Shown in pieces: positions 44,820-54,348 of a stretch of DNA of 60,740 bases. Location of the stretch: NCBI GenBank assembly GCA_020047915.1, contig JAIFND010000039.1, forward strand, positions 1-60,740. The letters are read 5' to 3'. A program made the position numbers and the translations under genes. The notes beneath the pieces were generated by a model that worked only from the letters and a program-made list of their open reading frames with translations, ran no database searches and had not been told where the DNA came from. The stretch is from a bacterium (GTDB lineage: Bacteria > Planctomycetota > UBA11346). How positions within the stretch are numbered: the first letter of the stretch is position 1; each line of letters begins with the position of its first letter.

Positions 44820-46449
44820 TCGCCGGCACCCCGTCCCACGCCAGGATCAGGGCGCCACGCCGCGCCAGGTCGGCCCACACCGCGATGCGCCGGGCCCCGG
44901 GCACGAAGGCCGTGGCATCGACCAGTCCCAGACGCGCGGCCAGGCCACTGCCCTTGGGAAAGCGTTCGAGCGGCAAGGGGGCAGCCTCGCCGGCGAAGGC
45001 GCGCGCCCGCGCCACCGCGCTCGCCAGGGTGCCCAGGCCATCAGCCAGGCGCTCGGCGACCGCCTGCTCGCCGGTGAAGACCCGGCCCTGGGCGAGGGTG
45101 TCGATGCGCTCGCGGGGCAGGTTGCGGCGCTGCGCGACCAGGCGGCGGAACCGGTCGTCGACATCGGCGATGACCCGGCGATACACCGCCTCGCGCTCGG
45201 CCGTCCAGCCGAAGGGCGACATCAGCGCCCCATGCGGCGCGGCCAGTTCGACGTGGCGGCGCACGCCGAGGAGGTCGGCGGCCCCCTGCAGATCGGGGAC
45301 CATGGCGAAGGCGCCGATCGACCCAGTGATGGTGGCGCGGTGGACGCGGATCTCGCGCGCCGCGCAAGCGATCCAGTAGCCGCCGCTGGCGGCCACGCCA
45401 TCCATCAGGCAGACCACCGGCTTGGCCTCGTCGAGGCGGCGCACAGCGTGGTGGATGCGGTCGCTGGCGGTGGCATCGCCGCCCGGCGAGTCGATGCGCA
45501 GCACCACCGCCGCAACCCGGCGGTCGTCGCGCAACCGGTCGAGCAGGGCGCAAGTGTCGCCATCAGCGACGGTGTCGCCGGGCATCGAATGCTCGCCTGG
45601 GATGATCATGCCGGCCAGCTCGACCACCGCGACCGAGCGCGCCGGACGCGCCGCGGAATCACCGCCGAGCAACTGGCCCCAGAAGCGCATCATCCCGGCG
45701 AAGCTGCTGAGGTCGGGAACCTCGGCCCCGAAACGCACGCGGCGCAAGGGCGTGGGCTGCGCCGCCAGCCAGGCGCCCGGCTCGACCGCCTGAGTGACCA
45801 GGCCAAGGCCCTTGGCCGCGCTGCCGGTCTGCAGGCCCTCGGCCCGCGCCTTGGCCAGGTCCAGGCCCGGACGCGCCGCCAGGGACACCAGCACACGGTC
45901 CATCCCCTCGATCAGTTGGCGCATCTCGGCCCGGGCGGCATCCGAGGGCCCCTCACGGGTGAAGGTCTCGGGAGCGGTCTTGAACTCGCCGCTGGCCACG
46001 GCGTGGAAGCGCACCCCGACCCGCGCCAGCGCAGGGGCCAGGTACCAGCCCTCGGCCGCCAGGCCATGCACCGCGAGGACGCCAGCGGCGGGCATCACCA
46101 CCTCGTCGCAGGCCGCGGCGATGACCAGGGCGGGGTCGCCGACCCGGTCGAGCAGGCAGGCGACGCTGGTACCGGGGCCGCGCTCGCGCAGCACCGCTGC
46201 GATCTCCTCGGCGGCGGCCAGGCCCCCCGAAAAACCGCGCGACAGGTCGAGGACGAGGCGTGCCTCGCCCGCCGCCAGGGCGTCGCGCAGCTTGGTGGTC
46301 ACCTCGTGCAGCGACGGGTCACCGCCGCCGAGGAAGCCTTCGGAGGGGCGCAGGGCGAGATCCCCGTTCAGGGTCAGCAGCACCGTCCCGCGCGCCTCGC
46401 CGGCGGCGAGGGCGAGGGTGGCGAAAAGCGCCAGGATGATGCGAAGCAT
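44812..46449 (-). CDS. sppA: Signal peptide peptidase SppA, two-domain (67K) type.
   Basis: Two ClpP/crotonase-fold halves, GVAASGGYWIA (Ser nucleophile region), signal anchor MLRIILALFATLALAAG. ATG at 46447-46449. Confidence 0.85.
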   Translation of the reverse strand: MLRIILALFATLALAAGEARGTVLLTLNGDLALRPSEGFLGGGDPSLHEVTTKLRDALAAGEARLVLDLSRGFSGGLAAAEEIAAVLRERGPGTSVACLLDRVGDPALVIAAACDEVVMPAAGVLAVHGLAAEGWYLAPALARVGVRFHAVASGEFKTAPETFTREGPSDAARAEMRQLIEGMDRVLVSLAARPGLDLAKARAEGLQTGSAAKGLGLVTQAVEPGAWLAAQPTPLRRVRFGAEVPDLSSFAGMMRFWGQLLGGDSAARPARSVAVVELAGMIIPGEHSMPGDTVADGDTCALLDRLRDDRRVAAVVLRIDSPGGDATASDRIHHAVRRLDEAKPVVCLMDGVAASGGYWIACAAREIRVHRATITGSIGAFAMVPDLQGAADLLGVRRHVELAAPHGALMSPFGWTAEREAVYRRVIADVDDRFRRLVAQRRNLPRERIDTLAQGRVFTGEQAVAERLADGLGTLASAVARARAFAGEAAPLPLERFPKGSGLAARLGLVDATAFVPGARRIAVWADLARRGALILAWDGVPAIR

Positions 46450-46457
46450 ATCCGTGG

Positions 46458-46552
46458 GCTGGAGGCTGAAGGCTGGAGGCTGGAGGCTCCCAGCCACCCG
46501 CCGACAGGTCCCGCGGCCCCCAGCTTCCAGCCTCCAGCTTCCAGCCTCCAGC
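46458..46552. repeat. Inverted tandem-heptamer element F3. (GCTGRAG)x4 at 46458-46487, ~32-nt spacer, (CAGCYTC)-type arm at 46520-46552. Lies between a small ORF and sppA.
   Basis: gctggaggctgaaggctggaggctggaggc ... ccagcttccagcctccagcttccagcctccagc. Confidence 0.88.
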
Positions 46553-46556
46553 TTTC

Positions 46557-46844
46557 TCATATCAGCCCCTTGCGGCCATAGGCCCGTTCGATCACCCCGG
46601 GCAGGTGGTCGTAGGCATTGCGCAGGTCGCCGGGTTCGCCGTGCACGGCAGTGAAGAAGTCGGCTCCCCGGTCGGTCGGCTTGATCCCGACCAGGACGAA
46701 GCTCATCCCGCCGAGCACGACCTGGATCGCCTTGCGCTGGTCCTCGCTCAGCCCGTCAAGGCCGGCCGGGGCGGCCGGTTCTGGTGCCGGCGCGGCCGGC
46801 TTGGCCCCTGCCGCACCAGGGAAACGGATGATCTTGTCGCTCAT
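46557..46844 (-). CDS. Hypothetical 95-aa protein.
   Basis: ATG at 46842-46844, with codon bias consistent with coding. No recognisable motif. Divergent from pilM. Confidence 0.45.
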   Translation of the reverse strand: MSDKIIRFPGAAGAKPAAPAPEPAAPAGLDGLSEDQRKAIQVVLGGMSFVLVGIKPTDRGADFFTAVHGEPGDLRNAYDHLPGVIERAYGRKGLI

Positions 46845-47048
46845 GCCGGGACGGTCGGAGGTTGACCAGGAGGCGCAAGGGCGCGTCCGGACTTCCAGAC
46901 AGCGGACTCCGCCCATCAGCCCCTCCACGGGTGACACACACACGCTCACCGTACGAACCGCGCCCCTTGGTCCCCGGCAGCGGCCCCGCTAGGGTGGCGC
47001 TACATCCCGGTATGCACCGGGCCGCATCCACCAGCGGGGAAACGCGTT

Positions 47049-48059
47049 ATGGACTCCCATCCGGTCGCCTGGGGCCTCGACATCGGTCACTCGTCGATCA
47101 AGGCCGTCAAGCTGTCGCGCAGTGGCGGCAGCGTCACTGTGCTCGGTTACGCCATCGAACCGGTCACCGTGCCGGAAGGCGGCGACCGTGACCAGGCCGT
47201 CACCGCCGCCATACAGGCGATCGTCGCGCGCGAGGAGTTCGGCGCCACGCCGGTCTTCGCCGCGATCTCGGGCCGCCAGGTGTTCACCCGCCCGGTGAAC
47301 GTCCCGGTGATCAACCCGAAGAAGATGCACACGATGGTCGAGCTGGAGGCCAAGCAGCAGATCCCGGGCAACTTCGACGAGGTCGAATGGGGCTACCACA
47401 GCTCACCCGCCCCCGACGGCGCCTCGCTCGACGTCGCGCTGTTCGCGGTGAAGCGTGAGGTGATCCAGCAGATCATCAGCAAGTGCAAGTCGGTGGGCAT
47501 CAACCTGACCGGCGTGTCGGTGCCCTCGCTGGCGCTCTATAACTTCATCAAGTTCGACCAGGAGTTCCCCGACGGCGAAGCCGTCATCATCCTCGATGTC
47601 GGCGCCGACAACACCGATCTGGTGGTGTACCAGGGCGACCAGCTGTGGATGCGTTCGCTGACCGTGGCCGGCAACGACATCACCCAGGTCTTCGCCAAGA
47701 AGTTCCGCGTCAGCGTGCCCGAGGCCGAAACACTGAAGCGCCAGGTCAACGACAGCCGCCAGGCCGACAAGATCATCAAGGTGATCGAAAGCGGCCTGTC
47801 GGAACTGACCAGCGAGATCAACCGCAGCCTCGGCTTCTACCGCACCCAGAACGCCAGCGCCACGCTCGACAACCTGGTGATCTCGGGCAACACCTTCCGC
47901 CTGCCCGGCCTGCCCGAGTACATGGCCGAGAAGCTGCGCCTGACCATCAACATCCTCGAGGACCTCGACCGCATCCCATGCAGGATCTGCAGTCGCTGGG
48001 CGTCGCCATGGGCCTCGGCCTGCAGGCGACCGGGGTGTCGCGCGCCAACGTCAACCTGA
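47049..48059 (+). CDS. pilM: Type IV pilus assembly protein PilM (actin-like ATPase fold). The last ~30 codons of this frame look out of frame (see frameshift finding).
   Basis: GLDIGHSSIKAVKL, ILDVGADNTDLVV, ISGNTFRLPGLPEYMAEKL. Confidence 0.8.
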   Translation: MDSHPVAWGLDIGHSSIKAVKLSRSGGSVTVLGYAIEPVTVPEGGDRDQAVTAAIQAIVAREEFGATPVFAAISGRQVFTRPVNVPVINPKKMHTMVELEAKQQIPGNFDEVEWGYHSSPAPDGASLDVALFAVKREVIQQIISKCKSVGINLTGVSVPSLALYNFIKFDQEFPDGEAVIILDVGADNTDLVVYQGDQLWMRSLTVAGNDITQVFAKKFRVSVPEAETLKRQVNDSRQADKIIKVIESGLSELTSEINRSLGFYRTQNASATLDNLVISGNTFRLPGLPEYMAEKLRLTINILEDLDRIPCRICSRWASPWASACRRPGCRAPTST

Positions 48060-48862
48060 TGCCGAGCGCGCTGCAGACCGAGAAGCTGCTCGCGACCAAG
48101 CGCTGGGCGGCGGCTGCCATTGTCGCCATGCTCGCCGGCACGGTCTATGCCGACTACGCTATCGCCAGCAGCGCCAACGACACCAACGTGCGCCTGGCGC
48201 AGACGGTGAAGCGTTACGCCGACGAGAACCGTGATCGCATGAGCGAGTCCACCGAGGTTTTACGCCTGGTCCAGGACCTCGCCCCCCAGCTGGCCCGCTT
48301 CGACGCCATCGGCTCCAACCAGGGCCTGGCCCACGCCGCGCTCGCTGGGGCGACCGGCATCGTGCAGATGATCGCCACGACCCCCGAACTGCGCCCGACC
48401 ATCCCGGCGGCGCTGGCCGAGAGCACGCCGGCCCTGCAAGCGGCCTACCTGCGCAGCGTCGAGCTGCAGCCCAGCACGGAAGGCGGCGGCAAAGTGGCCG
48501 ATCCGTTCAACCCGTTGGGCAGTCCGCGTACCGTCACCGTCCAGGTGGACATCCCCAGCGGCGCCCGCCAGGGCGAGGTGCGCTCGTCGCTGCTCAAGGC
48601 GCTGCGCGAGATGCCGGTGCCCGCCCACCTCCAGGACCTGACCAGGACGCCGACCCTGTTCAGCGAGGTGCAGGCGACCAGCGACATCGAGGGTACGATC
48701 GACTGGTGGTATCTCGATCGCAACCATCTGGATGACAAGGGCGATGCGAAGCCGATCGAAGAGCGCAAGAGCCTCTCGACCAGCGTCACCACCTACACCT
48801 GCACCATCGCCGCGCCCTCGGCGCCTGCCGCACCTGTCGTGGCCGTGGAGACCAAGCCGTGA
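47978..48862 (+). CDS. PilN-like membrane protein that carries the missing PilM C-terminus at its N-terminal end.
   Basis: LGVAMGLGLQATGV (PilM C-terminal GLALR-type motif) followed by ANVNLMPSAL (PilN INLLP motif) and TM WAAAAIVAMLAGTVYADYAIA. Confidence 0.6.
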   Translation: MQDLQSLGVAMGLGLQATGVSRANVNLMPSALQTEKLLATKRWAAAAIVAMLAGTVYADYAIASSANDTNVRLAQTVKRYADENRDRMSESTEVLRLVQDLAPQLARFDAIGSNQGLAHAALAGATGIVQMIATTPELRPTIPAALAESTPALQAAYLRSVELQPSTEGGGKVADPFNPLGSPRTVTVQVDIPSGARQGEVRSSLLKALREMPVPAHLQDLTRTPTLFSEVQATSDIEGTIDWWYLDRNHLDDKGDAKPIEERKSLSTSVTTYTCTIAAPSAPAAPVVAVETKP

Positions 48863-49872
48863 AGCACATCTTCTGGATCGTCTGCGGCGCCCTGTCCCTG
48901 CTCATCCTCGTCGCCTGGTTCGTGGTCGTGCCCACTGCCGACGCGCAGAGCGCCAAGCAGAAGCTCGACCAGCAGGCCAAGGATCTCAAGGATCTCGAGC
49001 GGCGCGCCCTGGCCGGCAACCCGCCCGGCGTGTGGGATGCCGAAAACGCCGCCGAGACCGAGCGCCTCTCGCGTGAATTCCTGATCACCGACCGGTGGAA
49101 GAACACCCTCCAGCCGCACGTGGACAAGTACAAGAAGCAGCTCGAGGACATCCGCACCCAGCTGCTCGGCCGTTCAGGCTGGCTGGCCAAGCCGATCGCC
49201 CCGACCAGCAACGTGCTGGAATGGTACAACGCCTACATCCAGGCCAGCGAGGCGGTTATCGCCAACCTGCGCTCGCGCGGCTGCATGGTCGCGGCCAGCC
49301 CCACCGAAGTGGTCTCGGCGGCCGGTGAAAGCCCCAGCAACGTGCGCGCCGTGATCGGCCTCTACACCAAGTCCGGCTCCTTCCCCGATCCCAAAGAGCA
49401 CCCGCTGCTGACCGCGCGCCTGCGCGTGATCGAACTGCTCGCCGACCGGCTGATCGCGGCCCGCACCGCCATCGCCGACAATCCCCTGGTCGGCCCGACC
49501 GGGCGCAGCGACGACCGCGCCGGCTCCAGCCCGGTGGTGGTGTCGCTCGAATGGACCTCGGCCGGACAGGGCGAGATCGGCCAGACGATCGAGACCACGG
49601 TCTCGAGCCTGGTGACGGTGCGTTCAGTCGGCGTGCGCCTGACGCTGGCTGGTCCGGTCAGCGCCCTGCTCGCCGCCAGCTCGGCCATCGAGGGCAACAC
49701 CAGCACCGACCGGCCGCTGCTGAGCATCGCCAACGCCAGCCTCAGCAAGCGCACGGAATTCGCCGCCGGCGAGCGTTTCGACGCCGCCGCCGAGGCCGCC
49801 CGCCTGGTGCTGACCATCAACGTCCTCGATTTCGCCGCCGTCGCCGCGACGGCCACGCCGGGAGTGAACTGA
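48859..49872 (+). CDS. Membrane-anchored coiled-coil protein in the PilO position.
   Basis: GTGA start/stop overlap, N-terminal TM IFWIVCGALSLLILVAWFVVV, then a coiled coil. Confidence 0.5.
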   Translation: MKHIFWIVCGALSLLILVAWFVVVPTADAQSAKQKLDQQAKDLKDLERRALAGNPPGVWDAENAAETERLSREFLITDRWKNTLQPHVDKYKKQLEDIRTQLLGRSGWLAKPIAPTSNVLEWYNAYIQASEAVIANLRSRGCMVAASPTEVVSAAGESPSNVRAVIGLYTKSGSFPDPKEHPLLTARLRVIELLADRLIAARTAIADNPLVGPTGRSDDRAGSSPVVVSLEWTSAGQGEIGQTIETTVSSLVTVRSVGVRLTLAGPVSALLAASSAIEGNTSTDRPLLSIANASLSKRTEFAAGERFDAAAEAARLVLTINVLDFAAVAATATPGVN

Positions 49873-49873
49873 C

Positions 49874-51721
49874 ATGAGCGCCAAGTCCTTCCTCATCGCG
49901 CACGGCGAGAAGTTGGCCGTGGTGGCCGTCGCCGGGGGCTGCGCCCTGGTCCTGTGGAGCGCCGCGTCCGACGAAAGCATCCGGCCCAAGGACAACCAGC
50001 AGCAGATCGAGGCGATCAACGCCAAGATCAGCCAGGGCTTCCTCAAGAACGAAGCCCCGGTCATGAAGGAGCCGCGGCCCTACCTCGACCAGCTGCTCGG
50101 CCGGCTCTCTGAACAGGCCCCGATCACCCCGACCATGGCCTGGTTGACCGCCCCGCCTGACAAGGGCAAGGGAACCGCCGGCGGCGGTCCGGGGGATGGC
50201 TTCTATTATTTCTACGAACTGCTGACCCCGACCGTGTCGATCAAGGATGCGGTCGGCGCCCTGGAGATCGGCGTCAACGCCCCGGAAACGACCCAGCAGG
50301 GTCTCGGTCGCCGGGTCAGTTCCGAGGCCTCGCGCCGCTGGGAACGCAACGACAAGGGCCCGATCATCAACACTGGCCGCCACCTGGCGCTGCAGGTCGA
50401 GATCAAGATCGGCGATGGCGAATGGCGCCCCCTGGCCCTGCCCGGCGGTTCCAAGGACGGCATCCTGCCGCTGGCCAGCCTCACCCGCGACGCCCTGCGC
50501 AGCATCCCCACGCCTGAACCGTGGCAGTTGCACCAGATCCGCGCCCGGATCATCGCCGCCGCCACCGCCCTCGACCTGGCCGCCCCGTGGGTCGAACGGC
50601 CACGCGCCAGCGTCCTGGTCACCTCCGGACCCGCCTCCGAGGGGCCGACCAAGGACGAAGCCCTGCTCGGCCAGGCGGCCCGCGAGGTCAAGGCCAAGGA
50701 CGGCGCGCTATTCAAGAGCCTGCTGCGTCCGGTCGAGGGGCCACTGCCCCCCGGCACCAAGCTCGAAGCCAACGAGCGGCTGTTCCTCGGCCCGTGGAGT
50801 CCGGTCGCCGCGGTCGAGGCCACCGCCAGCGTGCGCTTCGCCCTGGTCGGTCTCAGCACTGGCATGGATCCCAACGATCCGACCAAGAGCCGCGACGTCG
50901 GCCGCTTCCTCCTGCTGCGCCTGTTCGCCAAGGGTGCAGAACGCAAATGGATGGAGAAGCCGATCGAGGAGAAGTTCGGCCAGGGCGATGTGCTGGGGAT
51001 CAAGGACCACACCATGGTCGACCCCTTCGGCGCGGCCAAGATCCGCGTCGATCTGCCCACCCCCTTCGTGGTCGAAAAACTGGTCAAGGACCAGAAGCGC
51101 ATCATCTACTGGTCGCTCAAGCCGAAGGCCCGCCCTGCCGGTGGCAAGGACCGCGACCTGGTGCTCGACAAGAAAGAGGTCGCGACCGACATCGTGGTGC
51201 TGAAGAACCCCGACAGCGGCAGCGAACTGGTGCTGACCAAGCTGATCTCGATCAGCCCGCCAGCCAACGCCGACACCCTGATCTATCCGCACCGCACCGC
51301 GACCTACTCGGAGAAGGACGAGTTCGCCAAGGCGCCCAGTGATTTCCGCCAGTGGGGCCTGCAACCCGAGGCGCCCAAGGCGTATGAGGCCGGCACCGGC
51401 CCCCTCGCCGACCTCTACCGGGCGCGCAAGGACGAAGGCGCCCTCGATGCCGAAAACTACGCTACCGATACCACCTACTACGTCATGCCGGATGCCCGGG
51501 TGGTCTGGTGGGATACGGTCGAGCACAAGGTCAAGATCGAGGACCCGCGCGGCGTCATGACGGCCAAGAGCGAAGCTCCGGCCGCACCGCCCGCTGGCGA
51601 TCCGGCCGGCGAAGCGGCGCCAGCGCCGCAGCAGCCCGGACCGGCCCCCAAGCCGGCGGCCCCGTCCGGCGCAGCCTTCGGCCAGCCCCCGCCCCCCACT
51701 CTCCCCGGCAAGCGTCCCTGA
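49874..51721 (+). CDS. Hypothetical 615-aa membrane-anchored protein with a Pro-rich C-terminus.
   Basis: ATG 1 nt after the previous stop, N-terminal TM LAVVAVAGGCALVLW. No recognised domain. Confidence 0.5.
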   Translation: MSAKSFLIAHGEKLAVVAVAGGCALVLWSAASDESIRPKDNQQQIEAINAKISQGFLKNEAPVMKEPRPYLDQLLGRLSEQAPITPTMAWLTAPPDKGKGTAGGGPGDGFYYFYELLTPTVSIKDAVGALEIGVNAPETTQQGLGRRVSSEASRRWERNDKGPIINTGRHLALQVEIKIGDGEWRPLALPGGSKDGILPLASLTRDALRSIPTPEPWQLHQIRARIIAAATALDLAAPWVERPRASVLVTSGPASEGPTKDEALLGQAAREVKAKDGALFKSLLRPVEGPLPPGTKLEANERLFLGPWSPVAAVEATASVRFALVGLSTGMDPNDPTKSRDVGRFLLLRLFAKGAERKWMEKPIEEKFGQGDVLGIKDHTMVDPFGAAKIRVDLPTPFVVEKLVKDQKRIIYWSLKPKARPAGGKDRDLVLDKKEVATDIVVLKNPDSGSELVLTKLISISPPANADTLIYPHRTATYSEKDEFAKAPSDFRQWGLQPEAPKAYEAGTGPLADLYRARKDEGALDAENYATDTTYYVMPDARVVWWDTVEHKVKIEDPRGVMTAKSEAPAAPPAGDPAGEAAPAPQQPGPAPKPAAPSGAAFGQPPPPTLPGKRP

Positions 51722-51852
51722 CCCGCCGGTGAGAGTGACACCACGGACGCCGGCAGGGCCTTAGCCCTCCGGCCTCCGCCCCCCATCCTAGCATCCACCA
51801 GCCCGCCGGCATGCCTTCGCACGCATGCCACCATCGCCCAGAGGGACGCCCC

Positions 51853-54348
51853 ATGCGCTCGCGTTCACCCCTCCATAACCACCGCCTGCCGCTGACTCCG
51901 CTGCTGCTCGCCATCGCCGCCATGGTGCCAGCTGCAGAGCCCGCCGTGCAGCCGGAGGCGCCTGGAGATACGGCCGTCGCCAGCCAGCCCGGCCAGGCTG
52001 AAGTGGCTGCCGACGCCAAATACACCGAGGCCCTCGGCCGCTACCGTGCCGGCGCCTTCGCCGAGACCCTTGATCTGGTCGAGCAGGCCGTCGCCCTGTA
52101 TCCGCCCCATCGCGGCGCCCAGCAGTTGCGCAGCGATGTGCTGGCCGTGCTGTCCAACCGCGCCAACCGCCTGCGCATGGCGGCGAGCTGGTTCGGCAGC
52201 CTGCAGGACATCCGCACCCAGGAGACCGCCGTCCGCCTCAGCGCCCTGCTCGAGCGCGGCGACAAGGCGATGGCTGCGGGTGACTTCGCCGCCGCCGAGC
52301 TGGACTACGACCGGGTCGAGATCGGCATCCGCTCGTTCCCGTACAAGTTCGACTGGGGCGAACTGCCCAAGCAGGTCGCCGACAAGCGCAACGCCGCCCG
52401 CGACCGGGCGCGCGGAGCCGAACTGCAGCGTCAGCAGGACGACCGCACCGCCGCCGCCGAGACCGCCCGCCAGCAGGCCGACCTGCAGGCCGAGGCCCTG
52501 CGCCTCAAGGTCGATGAACTGATGCGCCGCGCCACCGCGGCCTTCAACCGCAAGGACTACCGTCGCTCCGAGGTCGAGGCGTGGAACGCCTACGAACTCG
52601 ACCGCCGTCGCGAGGACGCCCGCGAACTCTACCTCGATTCGCGCCGCGAAGGCCATTACTCCTTCGACGTCGCCTACCGCGTCGAGCGCACCGAAGGCAT
52701 CGCCCGGGTCGCCGAAGAGGTGCACAAGTCGCTGATCCCGCAGAACGAACTGCTGGTCTATCCCGAGGACTGGCAGCGCCGCACCTTGCGCAAGCCGCGC
52801 GAGATCGGCACCTCGAAGGCCGAGCCGTGGATGGCCGCACTCAACGACCGCATGGAACAGCGCGTCACCTTCGACTTCCAGGACCAGAGCTTCGAAGATG
52901 TCGTCACCTTCCTGCGCCAGGTGACCGGCGTGAACATCATCGTCGCGCCCGAAGTGCTGGCCGCTGCCGGCGGCGGCACGGTCACGCTCAAGGTGCGCGA
53001 CATGCGCTTCCGCGATGCGCTGAAGTGGATCCTCGAGATCACCGGCCATCACATGGCGATCCAGGACCAGGCGATCTTCATCAACAACCAGCCGGTGACC
53101 GGCGCGGTGGTGCTGCGCCTCTACGACGTCACCGACCTGATCACCCCGGTGAAGGACGAGCCGGGCGCCGAATTGGCCTACTCGGCCGCCAGCGGCGGCA
53201 GCGGCGGCGGCGACCTGCTGGGCAGCTCGGGCGGCGAAGAGACGGCTGCCGCCGACCCCGAAGCCCTGGTCACCTTTATCAAGAACAACGTCACCAAGGA
53301 CGCCTGGGACAAGGATGACGTCAGCATCCAGCAGCGCAGTGGTTCGACCCTGTTCGTCAGCCAGACCCCCGAAGGCCACGAACTGGTCGCCCAGTTGCTC
53401 GCCAACCTGCGCAACCAGACCGCCATGCAGGTCAACGTCAGCGTCCGCCTGCTTGATGTGCGCAAGGGATTCTTTGAGGAGATCGGGGTCGAGTGGCACA
53501 ACAACCCGACCAACATGATCAGTTCGCCGATCGCCAACAACTCCGGCGTCTATAACGTCACGACCAACGGCAACGCCACCTCCGGCTCGGGCACCAGCCT
53601 GGGCGGCACCCTGTACCAGCAGCTGCCCGGCAACGCCACCTCGATCGGCTATGGCATCACCCCGACGATCAACCTCGGGCAGGCCCTCCCCAAGGGCCTG
53701 GTCCTGGAAGGATTCGCCCAGGGATTCCTCGGCATGGACCAGGTCAACGCGATCTTCAGCGCCGCTGAAGACGAGACCGACGCCACGGTGCTCAACCACC
53801 CGCAGATCACCTGCTTCAACGGCCAACGTGCCAACGCCGCCTTCATCGGTCAGTACGCCTACATCAAGGACTACGAGATCGTCTCCAGCAACTACGATCC
53901 GGTGATCGAGGTGCTGAACTACGGCGACCTGCTTGATGTGCGCCCGGTGATCTCCAGCGACCGTAAGTATGTCACCATGGAGATCCGTCCGACCAACGTC
54001 GGCCTGGTCGGTGTCTTCGTCGAATACATCGCCGCCTACCAGATCGTTGGCAACACCGGTACGACCGGCGGCGTAGTCGTCCCCGCCACCTTCCCGATCG
54101 AGTTGCCGAACGTGCAGGTGCAGACCCTGCGCAGCACGGTGATGATCCCCGACCGCGGCAGCCTGCTGATCGGCGGCTTCAACCGCTCGCTGCGCCAGCG
54201 CACCCACAGCGGCATCCCCTTCCTCAGCCACATCCCCTTCCTCGGTCGTCTGTTCAGCCGCAACGGCACCTACGACGAAAGCCGCAAGATCTTCTTCCTG
54301 CTCTCCGCAACCATCCTCGACCTGGCCGAGAGCGAGCAGCAGCAGTGA
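51853..54348 (+). CDS. Secretin (GspD/PilQ family), paralogue 1, with a TPR/coiled-coil N-terminal region.
   Basis: N-domain VTFDFQDQSFEDVVTFLRQVTGVNIIV. Secretin core from NVSVRLLDVRKGFFEEIGVEW to SGIPFLSHIPFLGRLFS. Confidence 0.85.
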   Translation: MRSRSPLHNHRLPLTPLLLAIAAMVPAAEPAVQPEAPGDTAVASQPGQAEVAADAKYTEALGRYRAGAFAETLDLVEQAVALYPPHRGAQQLRSDVLAVLSNRANRLRMAASWFGSLQDIRTQETAVRLSALLERGDKAMAAGDFAAAELDYDRVEIGIRSFPYKFDWGELPKQVADKRNAARDRARGAELQRQQDDRTAAAETARQQADLQAEALRLKVDELMRRATAAFNRKDYRRSEVEAWNAYELDRRREDARELYLDSRREGHYSFDVAYRVERTEGIARVAEEVHKSLIPQNELLVYPEDWQRRTLRKPREIGTSKAEPWMAALNDRMEQRVTFDFQDQSFEDVVTFLRQVTGVNIIVAPEVLAAAGGGTVTLKVRDMRFRDALKWILEITGHHMAIQDQAIFINNQPVTGAVVLRLYDVTDLITPVKDEPGAELAYSAASGGSGGGDLLGSSGGEETAAADPEALVTFIKNNVTKDAWDKDDVSIQQRSGSTLFVSQTPEGHELVAQLLANLRNQTAMQVNVSVRLLDVRKGFFEEIGVEWHNNPTNMISSPIANNSGVYNVTTNGNATSGSGTSLGGTLYQQLPGNATSIGYGITPTINLGQALPKGLVLEGFAQGFLGMDQVNAIFSAAEDETDATVLNHPQITCFNGQRANAAFIGQYAYIKDYEIVSSNYDPVIEVLNYGDLLDVRPVISSDRKYVTMEIRPTNVGLVGVFVEYIAAYQIVGNTGTTGGVVVPATFPIELPNVQVQTLRSTVMIPDRGSLLIGGFNRSLRQRTHSGIPFLSHIPFLGRLFSRNGTYDESRKIFFLLSATILDLAESEQQQ

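Noticed and set aside
1-46552. CRISPR array interpretation of the repeated units.
   Set aside because: The units are 7-8 nt and directly abutting, and the partner arm is inverted rather than direct. The loci are dispersed singly, and no cas genes are present.
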